Assembly (NCBI GenBank): GCA_002269645.1
Contig: NIVC01000946.1
Coordinates: 62,001-126,000 of the forward strand
Source: Macrostomum lignano
Taxonomy: Eukaryota
Direction: 5' to 3'
Length of the DNA stretch: 64,000 bases
The translations under genes and the position numbers were made by a program. Below are positions 20,852 to 31,900 of the stretch, in pieces. The notes beneath the pieces are model-generated. The model was given only the letters and a program-made list of their open reading frames with translations. It searched no databases and was not told the origin of the DNA. The stretch's first letter is position 1. The number at the start of each line of letters is the position of its first letter.

Positions 20852-23283
20852 CTTAATGGTTATGATGATGATTAATCATAATGATTATGATGATGACGAT
20901 GTTTAACATTAAGTAGATCGATAGGGAGATCAAAGCATTCTGAATCATTATGATATGATAATGTTAACTCGGCATGGTCACCTGAACTTAACAAACACTG
21001 GGGTTTCGTACAAGATAAACTTTAGAATGCCTTGGCCTCCTAATCGATCTATTTAATGTGGCGAAAACTCCCCTACGATGGAAAGTGAGCGCAGATGTAC
21101 ATGTACACCCTGTAAGAGCGCGTGCCTGCCTACCGCCCCACTATATACTAAGTGAACCTGTTCCGCCTGTCCCGCAGCTCGTGCTGTCCTCAGTTCACTT
21201 CTGGCTGCCGTACAGCTGCACCGCAATATTTTCCTGGTTCAAGCGGCCACCCAACAGCACCACTGCCGGCAGTTCGGAGCCAATGTGCGCCTGGCAACTG
21301 CAGTTGGCTTATTCGGCTAGCATTAACTGTCTGCAGTTCGGCTTGGCCCTGACCTGCCAGGGCTGCCTGCTTTGGTTCTGTCGGCAAATGACCCGCTCGG
21401 GCTACCTCAGCGTGGCCCGCTGCTGCCTGCGCTATGCCAGGCTGCCATTCTATACCTGCGCCTGCTGTGAGTAGCTGGTGCCAGCCTCAGCTGTATTTGA
21501 AGGCTGCCTTCTGATTCTAGGAAAATTGTGTACATGCCTGAGAGTGTACATGCCTGAGAGTGTAAATGCCTGAGAGTGAACATGCCTGAGAGTGTACATG
21601 CCTGAGAGTGTACATGCCTGAGAGTGTACATGCCTGAGAGTGTACATGCCTGAGAGTGTACATGCCTGAGAGTGTACATGCCTGAGAGTGTACATGCCTG
21701 AGAGTGCACATGCCTGACGATCAGAAAGTCAGGGCTGCTGTACACCCTGTGTGAGCGTGTTTGTGAGTGCGTGCCTGCGTACAGCATTGGCGCGCTTGTA
21801 TGCGCTCAGCAGTCAGCTCCTTAAAATATAATTTATTTTTATATTAAAGGGCTCGATCACAACCGGCGTTCACAAGTGAGGCCAATTTAAAAGCTAAAGA
21901 ATAAAAGGCTTCAAATTGAGTGGGCTTTATGTCATCTATGGGGGTGCCACTCATTTAGGGTCGCCAATTTACCTGAGGGGGCGCAGTTTCATCTGAGGGG
22001 CGCAATTTAATTTGAGAGGACGCCATGTCATCTGAGAGGGGCGCCATGTCATCTGAGGGAAGCGCCATTTCATCTGAGGGAAGCGCCATGTCATCTAAGG
22101 GAAGCGCCATGTCATCTGAGGGAAGCGCCATGTCATCTGAGGGAAGCGCCATGTCATCTGAGGGGGCGCAATTTCATCTGAGGGGCGCAATTTAATTTGA
22201 GAGGACGCCATGTCATCTGAGAGGGGGCGCCATGTCATCTGAGGGAAGCGCCACTTCATCTGAGGGAAGCGCCATGTCATCTGAGGGAAGCGCCATGTCA
22301 TCTGAGGGAAGCGCCATTTCATCTGAGGGAAGCGCCATTTCATCTGAGGGAAGCGCCATGTCATCTGAGGGAAGCGCCATGTCATCTGAGGGAAGCGCCA
22401 TTTCATCTGAGGGAAGCGCCATGTCATCTGAGGGAAGCGCCATGTCATCTGAGGGGGCGCAATTTCATCTGAGGGGCGCAATTTAATTTGAGAGGACGCC
22501 ATGTCATCTGAGAGGGGGCGCCATGTCATCTGAGGGAAGCGCCATTTCATCTGAGGGAAGCGCCATTTCATCTGAGGGAAGCGCCATGTCATCTGAGGGA
22601 AGCGCCATGTCATCTGAGGGGGCGCAATTTCATCTGAGTAAAAGCGCCATGTCATCTGAGGGGGCGCAATTTCATCTACAGAGGGCGTTAAAATTTGACA
22701 AGTGACACGCGGTCCATTCCCACTCCCCGCTGAGATTCCCGCAGTCACAGCCGGCCTCTCCGCTATGCTCAGCTTCTCCGCGTCGCTTTGCCCCATCGGC
22801 GGCGGCGACAGCTCGACCGGATCTGCCTGCCTGGGCCCGCTCTACCCGCAGCATCTGGTCATGCTGGTGGTGGCCTGCGAGTCTCTGGTCTACTCCTGCC
22901 TGCTGCTGTGGCTGCTGCGCCGTCTGCGGCAGTCGGTGGCCGCATCGCCTCAGCCTGACGCCTACTCGGAGGGTCATCAGCAGCTGGCTGATGCCGCCGA
23001 GACAGAACCTGACGATCCATTCGGCTCCTTCACCACATCCACTGGTGGCAAGCTGTCAGTTGCTGACGTTGGCTTGTCGTCTTCTTCAAGTAGTACAGTT
23101 CTGAATCGTCAGCATTCTCAGCAGCAGCCGCATCCCATGGACGAGCTCCTGGCTAGGCAGGCCTCCCTAATTGGCTACCTGCGATTGCGCAATAATCGTC
23201 TAACTAGGCGGGTTTATCGAGTAGAACAAGAACTGATGCACAGGCAGCGAGAGCTGCTGGATCAGCAGAGTCCTCTGGCCTGA
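20071..23283 (+). CDS. TMEM192: TMEM192-like lysosomal multi-pass membrane protein; start codon unresolved
   Basis: Exons ~20071-20395, 21178-21466, 22745-23283 are phase-compatible. Four hydrophobic segments. RQMTRSGYLSVAR resembles the TMEM192 KIRNRGY region, SPQPD resembles KPEPD, and C-terminal MDELLARQASLIGYLRLRNNRLTRRV resembles [26 protein letters not shown]. No in-frame ATG between stop 20042 and donor 20396. Confidence 0.78.
20620..20900 (+). repeat. Degenerate (GAT)n-based repeat, TMEM192 intron 1
   Basis: GATGAT runs interleaved with GTGAGATCAT and TGTTCT blocks. Confidence 0.85.
21528..21717 (+). repeat. 16-bp minisatellite, TMEM192 intron 2
   Basis: TGAGAGTGTACATGCC, about 11 copies, running into a short dispersed element. 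Confidence 0.93.
21965..22680 (+). repeat. 21-bp minisatellite, TMEM192 intron 2
   Basis: GCCATGTCATCTGAGGGAAGC with repeated GCAATTTAATTTGAGAGGAC variant blocks. Confidence 0.95.
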
Positions 23284-23962
23284 CCGAGTTTGTTGAGCTG
23301 TACTTTTTTAATTCCAATATTGTCAATCGTGTACCGATTTTTTATTACTATGAGTAGCAGCAGACTGCGGGTGCACAGAGTGCACATGCCTGACGATTAG
23401 AAAGTCAGGGCTGCTGTAAAATTTAAACCTATGCGCGAATATTGCTACTCAGAAGTAATATGCCAGTATTTTAATTGTTCATTTTAACATACTTATCAAG
23501 TGTTATAAGGCAGTGTTAATCCCAGGCTTCACTCGTCTCCACTAACGCAACAGTTAATCGCAAAATATTCACTGTGTTATTATATAAGTCACTTGTTTCT
23601 TGAAGTTGTTTTAAACTTGATTTTATAAGCTGTCTTAATATTAATAATCAACTTAGCTAAATTGCTTGCTTCATGAACTATGTCATTTCTATGATTTCAA
23701 CCTCTGATTCCCGGTCGCTTTGTGTAACTTTTTTATTATTATCGATATTCCTGCTTTGCTACAGACATCTTAATAAGCAGACTCTTCCAGTGAAAGTAAT
23801 CTAGCTAAAGCTATGTGCCACAAGTAATTGATCATTAATGTAGATTAATTGTGCAATTTATTGTTAATCTCGTGATAAATCATATGTTTGATTTTTTTGG
23901 CTCATTTTAAAGCTGGCAATTGGTCAATTAATTGTCTAAAGTTAATTGAGAGCTTAATCTTA

Positions 23963-26900
23963 ATGGTTTTGTCAAGTCGAATTAAGTATTTTTGACTTAT
24001 GACATAGCTGGATCTTTTGAGTAAACTATCTATAATATATTCAGTTTTTTACGAGTATATTTACCCAAGCATATCATTGAAGAAATTCCAGTTTTTTGTT
24101 TTTTGTCTTTTCTGAGTTTTGTCAGGCCTGAGTCACGTGGGACTTGGGTCAGGTGAAACTTGGGTCAGGTGGAACTTGGGTCAAGTGAGACTTTGGTCAG
24201 GTTGGACTTTGGTCAGGTTGGACTTGGGTCAGGTTGGACTTGGGTTAGGTTGGACTTGGGTCAGGTTGGACTTGGGTCAGGTTGGACTTGGGTCAGGTTG
24301 GACTTGGGTCAGGTGGAACTTGGGTCAGGTGGGACTTGGGTCAGGTGGAACTTGGGTCAGGTGGAACTTGGGTCAGGTGGGACTTGGGTCAGGTTGGACT
24401 TGGGTCAGGTTGGACTTGGGTCAGGTAGGGCTTGGGTCAGGTGAGGTGAGGTCAGGGTCAAGCCTTACTCAGATGCGATCACCAGGGTCAGGGAAGGGTC
24501 ATACAAGGCCCAACCAGGTAACGTTAAGGTGCGAGCCGCTGGTTAACCGCCAGAGTGAGTGAAACCCGGCACCTTGCAGCATCACCGCAGAGCAGTGGCA
24601 GTCGCGGTCACGGCGGCAGCGGCAGCGGCAGCGGCAGCGGCCAGCTACTCAAACTCGGACCCCGTTGCTGGCCAAGGTGTCCGAGGCGTCCTCAGATTTG
24701 GTCGGGCCGGCCTCACCGTCGCCCGGGTCGCCGCCGACTACAAATGGAGCCTGTCCGGCCTAGTTCCGGACAGTCCGGAATACGCGGCCGTCATCGCCGA
24801 GGTGCACGAGCGCTCGGCCAACCGGCTGCACCGGCTGTGCTGCGTCAACCGCGGCTGCTTCGTCAAAGTCGGGCAGCACCTGGCCGCACTTAATTACCTG
24901 CTGCCGGAGCCCTACACCCGGGTGCTCGGCCGCCTGCACAGCGACGCGCCGGCCTCCACTATTGAAAAGGTTCGCCAGGTCATCGAGGAGGACTTCGACC
25001 GGCCGGTGAGAGGGGGGGGGCGTTTATTGCTTCTGTTCTATCACCTCCACTTCACGTCTGTGACTCTGACTTACCAATCCCCACAGGATCCCATCTATCT
25101 GTTCCCTTCAGCCCCATTCCCTGATCCCCTCAGCCCCATTCCCTGATCCCCTCAGCCCATTCCCTGATCCCCTCAGCCCCATTCCCTGATCCCCTCAGCC
25201 CATTCCCTGATCCCCTCAGCCCCATCCCGCTGCTCCCCAGGCGCACAGCATATTCCGCAGCATCGACCCGTCACCGTGTGGCGCCGCCAGCCTGGCGCAG
25301 GTGCACCGGGCGGAGCTGCTGGACGGCACGCCGGTGGCGGTGAAGGTGCAGCACCCGGACGTGCTGGCCAGGTCCGCGGCCGACATGGCCACCATGGACT
25401 GGCTGGTGGGCCTGGTGTCCCGCCTATTCGTCGACTTTCACTTTCAATGGCTGGTCGACGAGACCCGACGGAATTTGCCGCGCGAGCTGGACTTCGCCGC
25501 CGAGGCCGAGAACATGCGACTGGCCCGGCGGCTGTACTGCGGCCGCTTCCCCTGGCTGGAGGTTCCGGGCGCGGTGGCCGGCCTGGTCAGCAAGCGGGTG
25601 CTGGTCATGGAGCTGTGCCGGGGCGGCCAGATTGACGACCTGGCGTACATCAGCTCCAACCGGCTGGACAGGCGCCAGATTGTGAAGCAGGTGAACCAGC
25701 TGTACAGCTGCATGATGTTCGACTGCGGCTTCGTGCACAGCGACCCGCATCCCGGCAATCTCCTGGTGCGGCCCGACCCTGCACTGCCTTCCGGTTAGTG
25801 CTCGGCTGCTGCTGCTACTGATACTACTGCTAATACTTTGATAATACTACTAAAGATACTTCTGATATTACTACTGATAATACTACTGATAATACTACTG
25901 GTGATACTACTGATGATACTACTGGTGATACTACTGATGATACTACTGATGATACTACTGATGATACTACTGATGATACTACTGATAATGCTACTGAGAT
26001 GACACTACTGCTAATACTACTGATAATGCTACTGATAATACTACTGACGATACTACTGACGATACTACTGACGATACTACTGACGATACTACTGATACCA
26101 ATGCTTACACTACCATTCTAACTCAACCATTCGCAGGAGTCCGCATAGTGCTGTTAGACCACGGCCTCTACAACCAGCTGACGCCGGACTTCCGACTCAG
26201 CTACTGCCGGCTGTGGCGCGCCATCATAGACGGCGACTTGGCCGGCATCCGGGCCAGCGCTGACAGCCTGGGCTGCGGCCATCTCTACGGCCTGTTCGCC
26301 TGCATGGTCAGCGGCCGCTCCTGGCGGGCCGTCTCTGCCGGAGTCAGCCGGAGCGAGTTCTCCACTGAGGAGGAGCTGGTAGGCGGGCTGGGCTTGAAAT
26401 ATTCCCTGTAACATATTTCAGAACTGCCCCATCCCACACCTTAGCATCGCTCCCCCTCCCACACCTGACAGCCTCCTCTATCTCACACCTGAAAGCCGCC
26501 CCATCCCACACCTGAGAGCCGCCCCATCCCACACCTGAGAGCCGCCCCATCCCACACCTGAGAGCCGCCCTATCCCACACCTGAGAGCCGCCCCATCCCA
26601 CACCTGAGAGCCGCCCCATCCCACACCTGAGAGCCGCCCCATCCCACACCTAGAGAGCCGCCCCATCCCACACCTGAGAGCCGCCCTATCCCACACCTGA
26701 GAGCCGCCCCATCCCACACCTGAGAGCCGCCCCATCCCACACCTGAGAGCCGCCCCATCCCACACCTGAGAGCCGCCCCATCCCACACCTGAGAGCCGCC
26801 CCATCCCACACCTAGAGAGCCGCCCCATCCCACACCTGAGAGCCGCCCCATCCCACACCTGAGAGCCGCCCTATCCCACACCTGAGAGCCGCCCCATCCC

Positions 26901-27277
26901 ACACCTGAGAGCCGCCCCATCCCACACCTAGAGAGCCGCCCCATCCCACCCAGTCCATTCAGTCGGAGGCCGGTCGCCTCCTGCCGCAGATGACGCAGGT
27001 GCTGGAGTCGGTGCCCCGGCAGATGCTGCTGCTATTCAAAGCCAACGACCTGCTCAGAGGCATCGAGCACCGCCTGACGGGCCGGCAGAGGTTCGGGCCC
27101 GGCCTGTCTTTCACCCTGCTGACGGACGCCTGCCTGCGCACCCTGGCCGAGGCCAGCTGGGCAGCCGCCGACTGGCGCGACTGGCTCCGCCTGCGCTGCC
27201 GGCTCTGCCTGATCCGTGCGCTGCTCATCGTCCGGGACCTCTGGGCCGCAGCGGCTGCTTCCGTTGAAAGCGCTTGA
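23963..27277 (+). CDS. ADCK1: AarF/ABC1-family atypical kinase ADCK1, 518 aa
   Basis: Exons 23963-23985 (inferred), 24591-25005, 25241-25793, 26137-26378, 26954-27277; 1557 nt in frame. Motifs NRGCFVKVGQHL (KxGQ), ASLAQVH, VAVKVQHP, ELDF..EAEN, HSDPHPGN, LLDHGL and VPRQMLLLFKANDLLRGIE are diagnostic of ADCK1. The first micro-exon is lower confidence. AATAAA at 27590 and 27627. Confidence 0.93.
24138..24460 (+). repeat. 16-bp minisatellite, ADCK1 intron 1
   Basis: GGTCAGGTTGGACTTG, about 19 copies. Confidence 0.93.
25085..25225 (+). repeat. 21-22-bp minisatellite, ADCK1 intron 2
   Basis: CCCATTCCCTGATCCCCTCAG, about 6 copies, directly before the acceptor. Confidence 0.9.
25815..26100 (+). 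repeat. 12-bp repeat, ADCK1 intron 3
   Basis: GATACTACTGAT and variants. Confidence 0.9.
26420..26950 (+). repeat. 23-bp minisatellite, ADCK1 intron 4
   Basis: CCCCATCCCACACCTGAGAGCCG, about 22 copies, ending at the acceptor CAG (26951-26953). Confidence 0.95.
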
Positions 27278-28199
27278 GTTGCATTTTTACTGTCTTTTGA
27301 CTACTTGTGATGAGTAGTATTGATTGCGCATACTTTTATCCAGTAGCTAATTTGAAATCTGTTTTGATTGTTAATTTAGAATTAATTAAAATAGTGATAT
27401 TTTCCTAACTGTCTACTGCAATTGGTCTTGGTAATAGCAGTAGTGCGATTAGGATGCAGGACTTGATAAAAATAGATTTTTCTGTTGACTGTGAAGAGAC
27501 CTGAGATGCAAAGTTGAGCAGCCTATATTCATCCTTAAGTTGCCGGTGCTGACGGTGAATTCTCTGATGATAACTGGCCATTGATCACGAATAAAAGCTG
27601 ACATTTTTGTGATTATAAATCTGATTAATAAATTTGTCTTCAACCTGTAAACTGTATCACGTTGTATTTATGTTTAATTGTTTTTTATGATATAGACTTG
27701 CATAATGAGCTTCGTATGCAGAATCGGCTTCTTGAAATGGAATAACTTCAATCCGTGTATATTGTTTATCATATACAATATTTATAGCTATGTACTCAAT
27801 GGATTGGCGCGGCTGAGAAGTTTACTATAGTTTAACGTGTCATATGGTAAAAAATTACATGTAGCCATATAAAATATGCACTAGCAAAGCAATAAAGAGA
27901 ATGATTAGGCTGATTGACAGTTGTGACAGGTAACAACAGGTTTGGATGAGGCGCAGATTCGTGTGTGGACAGATCTGGCCCGAGTTTAGGCCATGGGAAG
28001 CGCTCTGTGGCAGTGGGGGATAATTCGGTGTGCGCATTGGGATTATCAGAGCTGCAAATTGAACTATTCATTACACTAATATCGGTACCTGGGTTTAATT
28101 AGGCTGAGGCGGTCTTCAACTTGGCCTATTCAATATTAAAACAGTCTGTGTACACACAGATCACGTGGTTTATCAAATAAAAAACCTTCCCTGCCGACT

Positions 28200-28810
28200 A
28201 CCGTCACGTGATGTTTGCACTTATCACTATTGTACATTCAACGTAGGGTTTGAGACACTATTTTTAGACACTTAGCCTTCTACCCCCACCCCCAACCACG
28301 CGACTGGCTCCTGCTGCTGTGGCCTGTGATAGGGGTTGAATTAGCGTCTCTTAACTTGCAGTCACGCAGTGTCTCTAATTCAATCTATTCGTAATTTTAA
28401 GCAATCACTGTAGTGTACACGACATCACACGATCATCGCTGTACACAAGAGCCTCCACGGTCGTCCGTCATCACGTGATGTTTGCAATCATCATTGTACA
28501 TTGAACGTAGGGTTTGAGGGTTTGCTATTTTTAGACACTCTAGCCCTTTAACTTAACCCTCTACCCCCACCCCCAACCACGCGACTGGCTCCTGCTGTGG
28601 CCTGTGATAGGGGGTTGAATTGGCGTCTCTTAACTTGCGGTCACGCAGTGTCTCTAATTCAATCTATTCGTTATTTTAAGCGATCAGTGTAGTGTACACA
28701 CGACATCACGTGATCATCACTGTACCCTGTCGTCACGTGATGTTTGCGCTATCATTATTGTACATTCAACGTAGAGTTTGAGGCTTGCTATTTTTAGACA
28801 CTGGCCGCTC
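28200..28810 (+). repeat. ~265-bp tandem repeat (2.3 copies) between the convergent ADCK1 and ZP genes
   Basis: TCACGTGATGTTTGC starts at 28204, 28471 and 28733; shared CCCCCAACCACGCGACTGGCTCCTG core in the two full copies. Confidence 0.85.
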
Positions 28811-28946
28811 TAACCCCCCCCCCAGTTAAATAAATTAACTGGAATCAATACACCATTTTAATTTATGCAGGCCCAGACGCCAATGCGCCTCATCTACATC
28901 TAAGTACCGTGCAAGTTACATGTAGGTTAGCTTGTTAGATGTCATT

Positions 28947-31900
28947 TCACACCTGCGACGAGGCGATGGAATAGGAGCTGTGCAGCTGCCTATCGCAGGT
29001 GCACAAGTCCGGCCTGCCGCTATCCAGCAGCAGCGCCTGCGCCGCCCCGGCCGACTGCAGCAGCCTCTGGTGCTGCTGCTGATGCAGCTGCTGCTGCCTG
29101 CCCTGCCGCCTGTTGCTGCCGCCGTTCCGGTCCAGAGTCATAGAGACCGGGCCGCCAACGATGCCACCGTCGGGCGGCTCGCCGACAAACCGGCACACGG
29201 GTGAGTGGGACGCCAACATGGAGCCGGACACGGTCGAATAGGCGGCCAGGCGGGCCAGCTGCTGCCTGCTGGGCGGCGAGCCCGGGTAATCCACAATCGT
29301 CTTCGCCGCCGCCCCAGCCGCGTCGCCTCCCCGATGCTGCGGCGTTCCTATGACGTCTTCGTCTAGATCGTCCAAATCGTTGTCCTCCTCGCTGCCGCCA
29401 ATGACGCCGCCGATGGCACCGCCGCCTCGGCAAGCTGCTGAAGCTGCGATCGCTGCCGAGGAGCTCGGGCCGCCGTCCTGGGAGCTGCTGACTCGGCGAA
29501 GACGTCGCTGAGCCGAGATGAGCAGCCGGCGCCGGTAGACCACGATGACCAGGCCGCTGACCAGGGCCAGCAGCACCAGCAGGATGAGAATGATCACGAT
29601 CACCTGTCTGGTGCTCAGGCACATGCTGGCCTGGCAGCTCGACTCTGCAGGTTCGGATGAGATGCCACTATTAACCTTTTTTGTAGGTTTGTAGGTTTCC
29701 TCTCTCTACCTTCCCCACTCTCCAATCTCCCTCTGCCCTGCCCCATACTCCCTCTGCCCTTCCCCATACTCCCTCTGCCCTTCCCCATGCTCCCTCTGCC
29801 CTTCCCCATACTCCCTCTGCCCTTCCCCATACTCCCTCTGTCCTTCCCCATACTCCCTCTGCCCTTCCCCAGTCTCCCTCTGCCCTGCCCCATACTCCCT
29901 CTGCCCTTCCCCATGCTCCCTCTGCCCTTCCCCATACTCCCTCTGCCCTTCCCCAGTCTCCCTCTGCCCTTCCCCATGCTCCCTCTGCCCTTCCCCAGTC
30001 TCCCTCTGCCCTTCCCCATGCTCCCTCTGCCCTTCCCCATGCTCCCTCTGCCCTTCCCCATGCTCCCTCTGCCCTTCCCCATGCTCCCTCTGCCCTGCCC
30101 CAGCCGCAGCAACTCACGCGGCTGCGCCCATTTCTGGTCTCGCTTGAGCGCCACCACCACATGGGACTCCGTCTCGATATCCCAGACACTGCTGTCCGGG
30201 CTCCGCTTGGCCATCTTGTCCGACGCGCAGCTGGTCGGTTCGCACAGCTTCTCGTCCGAATGCCGGCACACCCGGACAGTGCACCGGAAGTAGAGGTTGG
30301 GCGAATTGCCCAACCGGAAGGCCGGGAACCCGCCGGTCTGCATGTGCAGGCCGCCCTTTGGCCGGGTGCTGCGGAAGTCGGCAGTGAAGCCCGAGTCCAG
30401 GACTCGATCGCTGCAATCGGGCGGCGACCGCTAGGGTTAGTTTGTTATTAAAGAACCAAGGACGTCTTGCGTAAGTGGACTGGCCGTCTAAACTGCTAAT
30501 ATTTTTACTGTAAGTAGAGCAGTTTGCATCTTGTCGGTAAAAATAACTGCTATAAAAAGTCGTATCCATTCATTCCTTACCCGCCGCAGCCGATGATCAG
30601 TTTGTCGCTGCGGCCGTTGGCGCCTCGGCGGGAAGGCCGGCCGTCATCAGCCGATGCCGCCGACTTGTTGGCGGCGAAGCACTGGCGGATTAGAAGGCCT
30701 GTGTACTCGCGATCGCCTTTGGCACCTGCGGGGATTGTTGGATATGCGGCTTGGTAGAGCGTAGAGATACAGTAATAACAGTAGTTAGAATGACAGGCTG
30801 TATACCAGGAGTGACAGACCTAACGCACTGTAGCAGGAAAGTAACAGACAAACAGTAGCGAGAGTGACAGGCAGTAGTGAGAGAGTGACAGACAGTAGTG
30901 GGAGAGTGACAGGCAGTAGTGAGAGAGTGACAGACAGTAGTGGGAGAGTGACAGGCAGTAGTGAGAGAGTGACAGGCAGTAGTGAGAGAGTGACAGACAG
31001 TAGTGAGAGAGTGACAGACAGTAGTGGGAGAGTGACAGGCAGTAGTGAGAAAGTGACAGACAGTAGTGGGAGAGTGACAGACAGTAGTGGGAGAGTGACA
31101 GGCAGTAGTGGGAGAGTGACAGGCAGTAGTGAGAGAGTGACAGACAGTAGTGGGAGAGTGACAGGCAGTAGTGGGAAAATGATAGACACTACCGCTTCAC
31201 AGAATCACAGAATCACAGTACTGGAGCTGGAGAGCGACAGACAGACAGACAGACAGAAAGACAGGCAGACAGCAGAGAGTGACAAAGGACAGAATCACAA
31301 AACTGGAGCTGGAGAGCGACAGACAGACAGACAGACAGACAGGCAGACAGCAGAGAGTGACAAAGGACAGAATCACAAAACTGGAGCAGCCCGGAAGGAA
31401 TGCCAGGCAAACGCAGCGGAGGAAGCCGGCAATTTGCTGGGATGAAAAGGAAGCTGGGGCCTCAGCTTGCGCACCGGACCGGATGAGCAAACGACGAGCA
31501 TGGCAGGAACTTGGAGATAATGAATTCCAGCACTCCTTTGCACCCTGTCATTATCCCCCGTCTCGAGAGGTCACCTGAGCAGTCTGGAGCTGCAGCACTC
31601 GCTGGTAATAAGTTTCCACCCAGACAGGCGAACTCACCAGTTCGGTCATGCAGCAGGATGTCCAGCTTAATAATTTCGTTCTCGTCCGCCTCTCCGATCA
31701 TCCGGTTCCACTCGTTCAGCACCCTCAGGTCCAGCGACAGGCCGTAGAGCGGGCCCCGGGACAGCAGCGGGCTGTCCTCGGACTTCCTGAGGGTGCAGAA
31801 GCAAATCGAGCTCGCTTGGATGTGAAGTTCGGTATCAGGTACCTGCTGACCTGTCTGAGGTACCTGCTGACCTGTCTGAGGTACCTGCTGACCTGTCTAA

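Noticed and set aside
24559-24590. ADCK1 starting at GTG 24559 or at acceptor 24579
   Set aside because: The upstream ATG micro-exon 23963-23985 joined to acceptor 24590 gives an N-terminus of expected length and fits the intron-with-array pattern. Not fully excluded without cDNA.
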